DNA of 64,000 bases, from contig JBLNDB010000032.1 in NCBI GenBank assembly GCA_050261235.1, forward strand, positions 4,894 through 68,893, read 5' to 3'. A program made the translations under genes and the position numbers. Shown piece after piece: positions 1 through 8,638 of the stretch. The notes beneath the pieces were generated by a model, which did not search any database, was not told where the DNA came from, and saw only the letters and a program-made list of their open reading frames with translations. This stretch comes from Chloroflexota bacterium (GTDB taxonomy: Bacteria; Bacillota; Sulfobacillia; JBFLWA01; JBLNDB01). Within the stretch, counting starts at the first letter, position 1. Every line of letters begins with the position of its first letter.

Positions 1-296
1 AGAAGTCCGGCGCCGGCGAGTGTCTCGGCATCGGCGGGGCTGGCGACGAGAATTTCCGCCCCCAGCTCCAGCAGCCGATGGGCCTTGACGACGAGGTCGC
101 TCTCAGCCGCGCAGAGTTCGGGCCAGAGGACCGTCACCCCGTTGCTCTGGAACTCAGACTGCCAGACTTCCCGTCCGTCCGGACAACCGCCGGGCAGGAC
201 GCCGACTCGCTTCAGCCAAGGCAGCCTGCCACGCGCGGCGGCAAGCAGTTCGCGCGCGGCCGTGGCGGCGCGTTCGCAGCTCTGTTGGCTCATCAT
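1..296 (-). CDS. Hypothetical protein, N-terminal part (runs off the window edge)
   Basis: Manual translation gives an open frame MMSQQSCERAATAARELL...AETLAGAGL from ATG 296 to the edge, with a GGGGGAG RBS upstream. No family recognised. Confidence 0.55.
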   Translation of the reverse strand, partial: MMSQQSCERAATAARELLAAARGRLPWLKRVGVLPGGCPDGREVWQSEFQSNGVTVLWPELCAAESDLVVKAHRLLELGAEILVASPADAETLAGAGL

Positions 297-346
297 GACT
301 CCCCCATGGCAATCCGATCTGGCGCTGGTCGCCGCCTCGTCCCGGC

Positions 347-820
347 TCACTCTTCGTCGTGCTCCTTCGCGGCCAGCTCTGTGTCCTCAGCGAACAGCTC
401 CAGCTGTGCCTTCAGGAAGCCACGCATCTTCATGCGGAAGTAGTCGACCTGTTTCTGCGTCTCCTCGAATTCGCGACGGATCCGCTCGACCGCGGCGCGG
501 GCGTCCTCGATCAGCTTGTCTGCCCGCATCTGCGCCTCCCGGATGATCAGGTCGGCCTCCTTGCGGGCGCTTGCCTTGACGTCCTCGGCGGTCTGCTGCG
601 CGGTGACGAGCGTGTTGTTCAGCGCGTCCTCGATACTGCGGTAGCGCTCCAACTCCTCCATCGCCTTGGCCAACTCTTGACGCAGTCCCTTCGCCTCACC
701 AAGGACGTGCTCATAGTCACGCGTTATCTCATCGAGGAAATCGTCGACTTGCTCCTCGCTGTAGCCGCGGAAGCCGCGGCGGAATTCCTTGTTCTGGATG
801 TCCAATGGCGTGAGTGGCAT
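347..820 (-). CDS. divIVA: DivIVA cell division/polarity protein
   Basis: N-terminus MPLTPLDIQNKEFRRGFRGYSEEQVDDFLDEI is the DivIVA signature, followed by a coiled coil; GGAGGT RBS. Confidence 0.95.
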   Translation of the reverse strand: MPLTPLDIQNKEFRRGFRGYSEEQVDDFLDEITRDYEHVLGEAKGLRQELAKAMEELERYRSIEDALNNTLVTAQQTAEDVKASARKEADLIIREAQMRADKLIEDARAAVERIRREFEETQKQVDYFRMKMRGFLKAQLELFAEDTELAAKEHDEE

Positions 821-879
821 CGGGCACCTCCATCGTCAGCATCTCGAATCAGCAGATATGCTTCGCGAGCGGCAGCCGA

Positions 880-1365
880 TCACTTCGTCCAGGGCAATGC
901 CTCATCGTCACCGTCAAGCGTCATGCTCGGCACCGCGGAGACATCGACATTCGCCGGAGCGAACAGGAACACCCCGTTGCCGACCTTCTGCGTCGTCCCG
1001 CTGATGGCATAGGTCGTGCCGCTCAGGAAGTCGATGATCCGACGCGCGACATCCTTGTCGGCCGCATCGAGGTTGACCAGAACCGGACGGCGATTCCTGA
1101 GATGCTCAGCGATGCCGGGGACCTCGTCGAATGACGATGGCTCGAGGACAATCACCTTGACAGCTTTCTGCGAGGGCAGCTGAACCACGCTGCCCTTGCG
1201 CTTCTTCGCCCAGAGCAGGTCGCGCGGTTCTTCTTCGTCGTCGATCTCCGCCGGCGTATCTTCGTCCGCCTTGACGGGTTCGAGTTCTTCCTCCACAGCC
1301 TCTTCTTCATCCTCGGACTCGAAGCCAATGAAGTTGAGGAACTTCTCCATGATGCCCTTACCCAT
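880..1365 (-). CDS. sepF: Cell division protein SepF
   Basis: MEKFLNFIGF start, acidic linker, and C-terminal VLVNL...RRIIDFLSGTTYAISG...FLFAPANV SepF domain. Start moved to ATG 1365 on RBS grounds. Confidence 0.95.
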   Translation of the reverse strand: MGKGIMEKFLNFIGFESEDEEEAVEEELEPVKADEDTPAEIDDEEEPRDLLWAKKRKGSVVQLPSQKAVKVIVLEPSSFDEVPGIAEHLRNRRPVLVNLDAADKDVARRIIDFLSGTTYAISGTTQKVGNGVFLFAPANVDVSAVPSMTLDGDDEALPWTK

Positions 1366-1401
1366 CTTCCCGTCCCCCTTAACTGGATTCATGCTGGTCA
1401 T

Positions 1402-2091
1402 CTATTGCCGTGGTCCGAAAATGGCCGTGCCGATTCTGACGATTGTGGCCCCCTCTTCGATCGCGATCTCGAAGTCGTCGCTCATCCCCATTGACAGATC
1501 CACCAGGCCGTCGAAGCCGGGCAACCGCCGGAGATCGTCGCGCAGGCGCCGCAACGCCCGAAACGATGTCCGGGCAGCGGCCGGGTCGCCAGGAGCTGCC
1601 ATCGTCATCAGCCCCTGCACGCGCAGGCGCGTGAACGCCCGCAGCGCATCGAGGAATCCGTGCAGCTCCGCCGGGCTCACGCCCGCCTTGCTGGACTCAC
1701 CGGAAGTATTGACCTCGACCAGTACTGCGACCGGAGCAGCGGTGGCGGCGGCGCGTCTGTCCAATTCGTGCGCCAGGTCGATCCGGTCGAGCGAATGGAC
1801 GAGTGCCGCCCCCGGGACTACATATTTGACCTTGTTCGTCTGTAACCTGCCAATGAAATGCCAAATCACATCGGTCCCGAAAAAAGGGGATTTGTCACGC
1901 AGTTCCTGAGCTCGGTTCTCACCGAACTCATGCAGCCCGGCAGCGACTGCCGCCCTGATTTCGTCGACCGTCCGAGTCTTGCTCACCGCCACCAGGCGGA
2001 TGTCGGCCGGATCGCGGCCAGCTCGCCCCGCGGCAGCCTCGATCCTTCGCCGGATCGCATCCAGGCGCTCAGCGATCGGGTCCATGACCAT
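1402..2091 (-). CDS. yggS: YggS/YlmE PLP homeostasis protein
   Basis: LVAVSKT (PLP lysine), FGENRAQE, WHFIGRLQTNKVK, LSMGMSDDFEIAIEEGATIVRIGTAIFG. Confidence 0.95.
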   Translation of the reverse strand: MVMDPIAERLDAIRRRIEAAAGRAGRDPADIRLVAVSKTRTVDEIRAAVAAGLHEFGENRAQELRDKSPFFGTDVIWHFIGRLQTNKVKYVVPGAALVHSLDRIDLAHELDRRAAATAAPVAVLVEVNTSGESSKAGVSPAELHGFLDALRAFTRLRVQGLMTMAAPGDPAAARTSFRALRRLRDDLRRLPGFDGLVDLSMGMSDDFEIAIEEGATIVRIGTAIFGPRQ

Positions 2092-2102
2092 TGCACCCTT
2101 CA

Positions 2103-3434
2103 CTACTTGATTCGTTGCCCCTCCCGGAACACCAGCCAGCCGGTCTTGATGACCTCCGCGCCATTGCTTATGCCATCCACGGCTGCGAACGCGCCGTTGC
2201 TCGCCAGCACGGTCACTGGTGTGAACCTTGCCGTGCCAAGCTTGACCAGCCAGACACCGGTCTGCCCACCGCGCCTGACCAGGGCGCTGTCAGGGACAAC
2301 CACGCCATTGCCGGCAGACTTGACGATCTCGACGCTCACCCGGCGAGCAGTAACGAACTCGGGGAGGAACTCCGAAGTGCGGTAGACGGCCACGAGATAG
2401 CCGTTCCGCTCGGGCGCCCCCGCATTCACCAGTTCCGCGCGCACGCTCGCGCGCTTGAACTGAGAGAATCTCAGGCTGACCGGACCCTGGCCGAGATCGA
2501 CGTATTCGTCTGCCTTGACAGCCAGTACTATGTACGTTGCGGCCGGATCAATGACCTTGAACACGGGCCGCCCTGCCTGCAGTATCTCCCGGTCATGGAC
2601 CGTCTCGTCCCGCTCCTTGAGCGACCAGAGCCCGCGACTTCCCAGCGGAATCGCCTTCTCCGGCGTCAGGACGTCATCCAGGCCATCGAAGCGGTAGCTG
2701 ATCACTCCCGGGAACAGTGCCAGCATCTGATAGGCGGTCTGGCTGACAGCGTCTGTCGCCTGCTGGTGCTGCGCGGCCAACTCGGTCTCAGACGCGTCGA
2801 GCGCGGCGATGCGCCCCTCGAGCGTCTGCTTCTCCGTGCCGAGGTCGCGAATCTCGCCCTGAAGGCGTTGGATGGCGGCCTGATCGCCCTGCTTGGTGAC
2901 AGCCTGCAGGTCGGCCAGCTTGGCTGGCAGGAGCGTCTCGATCTCGGTCAACCGCTTGGTGGCCGATTCGCGCTCAGCTGTGTTGCGTTGCCTGAGATCA
3001 CTAAGCTGCCGCTCCAACTGGGACTGTCGGTCAACCAGTTCGCGCTGCTTGTCGGGGTCGATGATCTCGGCCACGCGGTTGCCGACGCGCGTTCGGTCAC
3101 CGTCGGGAGCCTTGAGGTAGACCATGCCGTCGAGCGGGGCGACCTGCGTCTCGCTGACAGTCGGCATCAGCCATGCGTCAGCTGAGATAATCTGCTCGAC
3201 CGTCCCGGCGCTGGCAACGACTGTCCGCGCGACTCCGCCGATTACCAAGTCCCGGACAAAACCCAACCCCCACCAGCCCACGGCCAGCAGGGAAGCGATC
3301 AATATCAGGCGGCCAAGCAGCTTGCCAAAGTTGAAGCGCTTACGGCGCTTTGGTCGGGTCGGCTTCCTGCGTGCCGGCATCGGCGCCACCCTTTTCGCGC
3401 TGCGTCGCTTCGATGTCCTTTCGCCGTTTGCCAT
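2103..3434 (-). CDS. HlyD-like periplasmic adaptor/membrane-fusion-fold protein
   Basis: Basic N-tail, one TM helix, lipoyl-like halves (APLDG...; ALFPGVISY) around a long coiled coil, and C-terminal VVVPDSALVRRGGQTGVW. Sits upstream of yggS, as is typical in clostridia. Confidence 0.75.
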   Translation of the reverse strand: MANGERTSKRRSAKRVAPMPARRKPTRPKRRKRFNFGKLLGRLILIASLLAVGWWGLGFVRDLVIGGVARTVVASAGTVEQIISADAWLMPTVSETQVAPLDGMVYLKAPDGDRTRVGNRVAEIIDPDKQRELVDRQSQLERQLSDLRQRNTAERESATKRLTEIETLLPAKLADLQAVTKQGDQAAIQRLQGEIRDLGTEKQTLEGRIAALDASETELAAQHQQATDAVSQTAYQMLALFPGVISYRFDGLDDVLTPEKAIPLGSRGLWSLKERDETVHDREILQAGRPVFKVIDPAATYIVLAVKADEYVDLGQGPVSLRFSQFKRASVRAELVNAGAPERNGYLVAVYRTSEFLPEFVTARRVSVEIVKSAGNGVVVPDSALVRRGGQTGVWLVKLGTARFTPVTVLASNGAFAAVDGISNGAEVIKTGWLVFREGQRIK

Positions 3435-3476
3435 AGGATTCCTGCCTCGTAAGTTCGATGAAATCCAGCTGCGTCG

Positions 3477-4265
3477 CTAGTCCAGCATCATCACCGCGGC
3501 CTGACGCCCTGTCCGTCCGGCTTCGGCGCGATGGGAGAAGAACAGATCCGTATGGCAGGCCGTGCAGAGCCCGCTCATGGTGATGTGAGCCGCCGGCACG
3601 CCAGCGGCCTGCAGTTGAAGTCGGTTGGCCGCCCACAGATCGAGCAGCCAATGGCCGGGGCGGGTCGGGCGAGTCACACTGGGAAGCCAAGGGTAGTCGC
3701 GCATCTGGCCGGTCACGGCCTGGTCGACCTCATAGCAGCAACCGCCGATCGATGGCGCGATCGCCGCGTACAGATCACTTGGCCTCGTGCCGTAGGCTGC
3801 GGTCAAGGCGGCGACCGTCCGGCCGGCAATGCCGGACGCCGTACCGCGCCAGCCGGCGTGCGCGAGACCGATCGCACGCGCGACCGGATCATAGATGAAC
3901 ACCGCCGTGCAGTCAGCGGTGAAGACGGCCAGTGGCAAACCCGGCCTGTCGGTGATCAGGGCGTCGGCGCAGCCAAGCGGACCGCCATCGCCCGCTCGCT
4001 CGACGCGCAGGATCTCACAGCCATGGACCTGCTGCGCGGTCGCCCAACTCTCGGGCAATCCAGCCGCCGCTGCCAGGCGCCGGCGATTCTCCGCCACCGC
4101 GTCGGGCGCATCGCCGACGTGGTCGCCGACATTGAGCGTCGCGTAGGGCGCCACGCTGACGCCGCCCAGTCGTGTCGAGAACACGGCGCGCGCACCGGCC
4201 GGGAATCGCGGCACGGTGAAAAACGTGACGCCGTCCCGGTCGGTGCGTGAGAACGCCACAGTCAT
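3477..4265 (-). CDS. pgeF: PgeF/YlmD (YfiH family) nucleoside phosphorylase/laccase-like protein
   Basis: FSTRLGGVS, QVHG, DALIT, TADC, HAGWRG, CTAC...FFSHR motifs. Start ATG 4265 after GAGGAGG. Confidence 0.92.
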   Translation of the reverse strand: MTVAFSRTDRDGVTFFTVPRFPAGARAVFSTRLGGVSVAPYATLNVGDHVGDAPDAVAENRRRLAAAAGLPESWATAQQVHGCEILRVERAGDGGPLGCADALITDRPGLPLAVFTADCTAVFIYDPVARAIGLAHAGWRGTASGIAGRTVAALTAAYGTRPSDLYAAIAPSIGGCCYEVDQAVTGQMRDYPWLPSVTRPTRPGHWLLDLWAANRLQLQAAGVPAAHITMSGLCTACHTDLFFSHRAEAGRTGRQAAVMMLD

Positions 4266-4311
4266 GCCTCCTCGCCAGAATGCCCGGAGGCGCGCTCCGG
4301 GCATGGGTAGA

Positions 4312-6585
4312 TCAACCGCACTTCGAGTAGCCGCAGGTGGTGCAGGTGTAACAGCCACCCTCATGAACCATGAACCCGCCGCAGCCCGGCTCCGGACACA
4401 TCAACACCGTGCGCGGTCCCTTGACCACGCCGAGGTCGAACTTGTTGTGGCCGTTGACGAACTTCTCAATGGCCTTGCCAATTGCGTCCGGGCACGAGAG
4501 GACGCGCGTCTCGGGGTCGACGATACAGCCGATGCACTTGATTCCCTTGATCTGGTCGATGATCACGTCCGGCTCGATGCCCGACCGGAGGGCGATGCTG
4601 ACCAGCCGCCCGACGGCCTCCGACAGCGCCGCGCAACCCTCTTCGCCGGTATTGGTGAAGATCTCGCAGATGCCGTTCTCATCGCCGTTGACTGTGACAA
4701 AGAACGAGCCGCAGCCGCCGATCTTGAACTTGCGCGTCATCCCGTGCGTCTCGTCGGGGCGTGGCCGCGGCTTGTGGCGAATCGCCAGTTCCCCGCCAGC
4801 CGGCGCCAATGCCGCCTCAGGGGCGGCGGCAGCAACCTGTCGCTCGACCTCAGGACTCGCCGGCTCGGTCTTCCCGGGCACCGTCAGGACCTGCGACTCG
4901 CGGCTGCCGTCGCGGTAGATCGTGACGCCCTTGCAGCCGAGCTCATCGGCCAGCCGGAAGACAGTCGCCACGTCTTCGCGCGTGGCGCTGTTGCGGAAGT
5001 TGACCGTCTTCGAGACGGCGTTGTCGACCTGGGCCTGGAATGCCGCCTGGATCCGGATGTGCCACTCCGGAGTGATATCATGCGCAGTGACGAAGACGCG
5101 CCGGACATCTTCGGGAATCTCCTTCAGATCGCTGATCGAGCCGTGCTCGGCGACCCGCTCCATCAGGTCGCGGCTGTAGAAACCGCGCTCCTTGGCGATG
5201 CGCTCGAACAGGGGGTTGATTTCCAGCAGCTTGTCGTTGTCCATGACATTCTTGACGTAGCAGAGGGCGAACAGAGGCTCGATGCCGCTGGAACAGCCGG
5301 CGATCATGCTGATCGTGCCAGTCGGCGCGATCGTTGTCACTGTGGCGTTGCGCAGCGCCGGCCCGTCCTTGTAGATGCTGCGGGAGAAGTTCGGGAACGC
5401 GCCGCGCTCGACCGCCAGTTCTTGCGACGCCTCACGAGCTGTCCGCTGGATGAACGACATCACGGCAGTGGCCAGCTCAACCGCTTCCGGCGAGTCGTAG
5501 GCGATTCCCATCCTGATCAGCATGTCCGCAAAGCCCATGACACCGAGACCGATCTTACGGTTGGCCTTGACCATCGCGTCGATCTGGGGCAGCGGATACT
5601 TGCCGGCGTCGATGACGTTGTCGAGGAAGTGCACAGCCAGCCTGACCAACCTGCCGAGCCGGTCGTAGTCCACCTCTGCGACGCCGTCGCGCACCCGGAC
5701 CATCAGCTCGAGGTTGATCGAGCCGAGGTTGCATGCCTCGTATGGCAGCAGCGGTTGCTCGCCGCAGGGGTTGGTGCTCTCGATTGCGCCGACCTCCGGA
5801 GTCGGATTGGCCTTGTTCAGCCGGTCGAGGAAGATGATGCCCGGCTCGCCGTTCTTCCACGCCTGCTCGACGATGAGGTCGAACACTTCGCGGGCGCTCT
5901 GCATGCGAACGATCTCCTGGTTGCGGGGGTTGCGCAGGGGATAATCGCCGCCGGCCGCCAGCGCGGCCATGAACTCGTCGGTCAGGCCGACCGAGATGTT
6001 GAAGTTGGTAATCTCAGCGTTATCGGTCTTGCAGGTGATGAAGTCGATGATGTCGGGGTGGTCGACCCGGAGGATGCCCATGTTCGCGCCGCGGCGCGTG
6101 CCACCCTGCTTGACCGCCTCGGTGGCGGCGTTGAAGACCTTCATGAACGAAATCGGTCCGGACGCGACGCCGCCCGTCGAGCGGACGACGTCGTTCTTCG
6201 GCCGCAGCCGTGAGAATGAAAAGCCGGTCCCACCGCCCGACTGGTGGATCAACGCGGCATACTTAATGGCATCGAAGATCTCGACCATGCTGTCCTCGAC
6301 CGGAAGGACAAAACAGGCGGCCAGTTGCTGCAACTCCCGACCGGCATTCATGAGCGTCGGCGAGTTCGGGATGAACTCGAGCGACATCATGGACTGCTTG
6401 AACTCCGCGGTGAGTGCGTCAACCGTCGCCTGATCCTTGCCGTAGTGTGTGCCGTCGACCTCGGCGATGTTCCGCGCGACGCGCTCGAACATGTCAGCCG
6501 GTGTCTCGACCACCTTGCCGTCGACCTTCTTGAGATACCTTCGCTCCAGGACCGTCAGTGCGTTTGCGGACAGCTCCACTCTCAA
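4312..6585 (-). CDS. nrdJ: Class II (B12-dependent) ribonucleotide reductase with C-terminal TSCPD/Zn-ribbon
   Basis: FIPNSPTLMNAG, LAACFV, GTRRGANMG, TNPCGEQPL (thiyl Cys), TTIAPTGTIS, KGVTIYRDGSR and terminal CGYSKCG. No N-terminal ATP cone. Confidence 0.93.
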   Translation of the reverse strand: MRVELSANALTVLERRYLKKVDGKVVETPADMFERVARNIAEVDGTHYGKDQATVDALTAEFKQSMMSLEFIPNSPTLMNAGRELQQLAACFVLPVEDSMVEIFDAIKYAALIHQSGGGTGFSFSRLRPKNDVVRSTGGVASGPISFMKVFNAATEAVKQGGTRRGANMGILRVDHPDIIDFITCKTDNAEITNFNISVGLTDEFMAALAAGGDYPLRNPRNQEIVRMQSAREVFDLIVEQAWKNGEPGIIFLDRLNKANPTPEVGAIESTNPCGEQPLLPYEACNLGSINLELMVRVRDGVAEVDYDRLGRLVRLAVHFLDNVIDAGKYPLPQIDAMVKANRKIGLGVMGFADMLIRMGIAYDSPEAVELATAVMSFIQRTAREASQELAVERGAFPNFSRSIYKDGPALRNATVTTIAPTGTISMIAGCSSGIEPLFALCYVKNVMDNDKLLEINPLFERIAKERGFYSRDLMERVAEHGSISDLKEIPEDVRRVFVTAHDITPEWHIRIQAAFQAQVDNAVSKTVNFRNSATREDVATVFRLADELGCKGVTIYRDGSRESQVLTVPGKTEPASPEVERQVAAAAPEAALAPAGGELAIRHKPRPRPDETHGMTRKFKIGGCGSFFVTVNGDENGICEIFTNTGEEGCAALSEAVGRLVSIALRSGIEPDVIIDQIKGIKCIGCIVDPETRVLSCPDAIGKAIEKFVNGHNKFDLGVVKGPRTVLMCPEPGCGGFMVHEGGCYTCTTCGYSKCG

Positions 6586-6596
6586 GTCCTCCCCCG

Positions 6597-7061
6597 TTAG
6601 CGATGCGTCTCTCTGTCAACCAGTTTCTCCAGTTCCTCGAGGAAGCGGTTTATGTCCTTGAACTGCCTGTAGACCGAGGCGAACCGGACATACGCCACCT
6701 CGTCGAGCTCGCGCAGACGTTCCATGACCAGTTCGCCGATGCGCTTGCTCTCGATCTCGCCTTCACCGCCGCTGCGGATGTCACGCTCGACATCGGCGGC
6801 AATCGCTTCGATGCTCGCCAGCGACACGGGACGCTTCTCACAGGCCCGCAGGATTCCATCGAGGACCTTGCGGCGATCGAACGCCTCGCGGCGACCATCC
6901 TTCTTGACCACGACCAGAGGCGATTCTTCGACTTTCTCGTGCGTCGTGAAGCGGCGCTCGCAGGACAGGCACTCGCGCCGCCGTCGGATGACGCTCCCTC
7001 CCTCTGTCGGCCGTGAGTCAAGGACCTTGCTCTCGGGGTAACCGCATACGGGACAGCGCAT
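6597..7061 (-). CDS. nrdR: Transcriptional repressor NrdR
   Basis: MRCPVCGY...SKVLDSR...[18 protein letters not shown] zinc ribbon, ATP cone, and [13 protein letters not shown]. Confidence 0.96.
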   Translation of the reverse strand: MRCPVCGYPESKVLDSRPTEGGSVIRRRRECLSCERRFTTHEKVEESPLVVVKKDGRREAFDRRKVLDGILRACEKRPVSLASIEAIAADVERDIRSGGEGEIESKRIGELVMERLRELDEVAYVRFASVYRQFKDINRFLEELEKLVDRETHR

Positions 7062-7084
7062 GGCGGCATCTCTCCCCCAACCCG

Positions 7085-7132
7085 ACACAATATGTAGGAC
7101 CCTTCTCAATTATACTATACCATCGGTAGTAG
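7085..7132 (-). promoter_or_regulatory. Tandem NrdR boxes overlapping an extended -10 promoter of nrdR-nrdJ
   Basis: ACACAATATGTAGGAC (7085-7100) matches the acaCwAtATaTwGtg consensus. A weaker copy ATACCATCGGTAGTAG starts 32 bp away (7117) and overlaps minus-strand TGgTATAGT. Confidence 0.7.
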
Positions 7133-7238
7133 AGGACAAACTGGTGAGTCTCCCTGAAGCCCGTTTCAACCGGAAAACCTGACCTCTTCCGCCCCGTTGG
7201 TACTGTTTTCGCGTCTTTCCATCTTGCGCATGCGTCCC

Positions 7239-7281
7239 AAAAAAAGCGCAAAAAGAGACAGCCGCATCGATACGGCTGTCC
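7239..7281 (-). terminator. Intrinsic terminator after the DUF1858 gene
   Basis: GACAGCCG-8nt-CGGCTGTC stem followed by T-runs on the minus strand. Confidence 0.75.
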
Positions 7282-7309
7282 CCCTGTCCAGTCACTGTCA
7301 GGCCAGCGC

Positions 7310-7513
7310 TCAGCCAGCAGCCACGACCTCGTTAAGCTCCCGCATCAGCTTCTCGACGTCGACGCCGTGGGCCTCGGCCGCTTCTCCGACCTTCTCCTCG
7401 AAACCGATGTGGCAGCCGATGCAATGCATGCCGTTGCGAAGGAAGACCGCTGCGGTCTTCGGGTTGAGCTTGAGGACGTCCTGAATCGTCATGTCTTTGG
7501 TTACGCCAGCCAT
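7310..7513 (-). CDS. DUF1858 / hybrid-cluster-associated redox disulfide domain protein
   Basis: TKDMTIQDVL..NP...VFLRNGMHCIGC...E...HGVDVEKLMRELN. GGAGGAGG RBS and its own promoter. Confidence 0.85.
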   Translation of the reverse strand: MAGVTKDMTIQDVLKLNPKTAAVFLRNGMHCIGCHIGFEEKVGEAAEAHGVDVEKLMRELNEVVAAG

Positions 7514-7542
7514 TCGGAGTACCTCCTCCCTGTGCTGGCTTC

Positions 7543-7571
7543 ATTATACCCCACCGTCCCCGCCGGCACAA
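7543..7571 (-). promoter_or_regulatory. Sigma-A promoter of the DUF1858 gene
   Basis: TTGTGC-17nt-TATAAT on the minus strand. Confidence 0.65.
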
Positions 7572-7634
7572 CAAGCCAAAGACGCATCAGCCCCTTCGCC
7601 AGGTGGCGAAGGGGCTGTCTATGCACGTGGGCGT

Positions 7635-8351
7635 CTATTGATGCGATTGCATCGCGAGTTGGTTGATCGCCTTGCCCGCCCGTTCGAACTTGTCCCGGTG
7701 ATCCTCGCCGATGAAAGTGACGACGTTGTCGGCCTTGTAGGCATCCGCCGAACCGGCGTTGACCGGCTTCACACCGGGGGCGAGGATCTGCAGCATGCCC
7801 TGGACCATCCCGGACTTGACCTCGACCTTCATGATCGAGTCATAGGGGAACGGCCTTGCTTTGTACGCATCGGCGTTGCCGGCTGCAAAGCCGGCCTTCA
7901 GGACCAGAACGCGCTTTTCCATCGCGCACAGAGCCTCACCGCTCGAAGCCGAAAGGATGAAGAAGGCCTTCTCACCGGGCTGGACGGCCTCGCTGAACGC
8001 TTTCTGCAGTCCACCGATGAGCTTGTCAACAGGCAGGTTATAGCTATTCGCCGCGACCTGAATTGCCGCCGCAGCCGGGGCAGCGACGGTCGCCGGGCGC
8101 GCCGCAGCCGCCTGCGCGGCGCCGGGCATGCTGGCACCCTTGGCCTCGCAGCTGCTGCAGATGTACTTGCCGTCAGGCAGCGTGCGAATCGAATCGTTGG
8201 TGGCGCCGGCCGTCTGTCCACAGACTGAGCAGCGAACGACACCCTTGGTCTTGACCAGGCAACGCCTGCAATAGTACTTATCGTCAACGCTTACCAGTGG
8301 TACACCGCCGATGCCGGTATTGCTGGCGCCACAGACTGAACAGAGAGCCAA
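7635..8351 (-). CDS. Hypothetical protein: two CxxC...CxxC zinc-finger repeats, Ala-rich linker, bacterial PH-like domain
   Basis: CSVCG...YYCRRC and CSVCG...YICSSC. C-terminal half resembles bPH domains (RVLVLKAG...FPYDSIMKVEVKSGMVQGMLQI). TTG start after GGAGG. Confidence 0.7.
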   Translation of the reverse strand: MALCSVCGASNTGIGGVPLVSVDDKYYCRRCLVKTKGVVRCSVCGQTAGATNDSIRTLPDGKYICSSCEAKGASMPGAAQAAAARPATVAAPAAAAIQVAANSYNLPVDKLIGGLQKAFSEAVQPGEKAFFILSASSGEALCAMEKRVLVLKAGFAAGNADAYKARPFPYDSIMKVEVKSGMVQGMLQILAPGVKPVNAGSADAYKADNVVTFIGEDHRDKFERAGKAINQLAMQSHQ

Positions 8352-8591
8352 CTCCGGTTCCTCCTTCTTCATCTACAGCGTATTTGCGAAAACCCTTGCA
8401 GCCGCAGTCGGAGTGGGCGACCTGCAGCAGCTTCTGAGATTTATATCGGGCCGCATTGGCCAACATTTAGCCCCGCCGCAACGCTTGACAGGCGCTGGTG
8501 GGCCGCCTGCCTGCACCAGCGCCGTTCAGCAGGGGTTCTCTGCCTCTTATGGCGTTATTCTCCGGGATTGCCATGCATGAGGCCGATGAGC

Positions 8592-8624
8592 GCAGACGCC
8601 CCGGGAGGTTCCCGGGGCGTCTGC
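8592..8624. terminator. Strong hairpin downstream of the amidohydrolase (probable terminator)
   Basis: Perfect 15-bp inverted repeat GCAGACGCCCCGGGA-ggt-TCCCGGGGCGTCTGC; weak U-tract. Confidence 0.6.
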
Positions 8625-8638
8625 AGTGGTCGACGGGA

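Noticed and set aside
4216-6213. Long antisense ORFs, e.g. 4216-6213, 16595-18400, 29563-31284, 32063-33775 and 37546-39189 on +, and 39694-41106 on -
   Set aside because: They shadow well-recognised genes on the opposite strand and show no motifs; this is expected in high-GC DNA.
8380-8580. 6S RNA or c-di-AMP riboswitch
   Set aside because: No long rod with a central bubble; the GGAGGAACC match is just the RBS.
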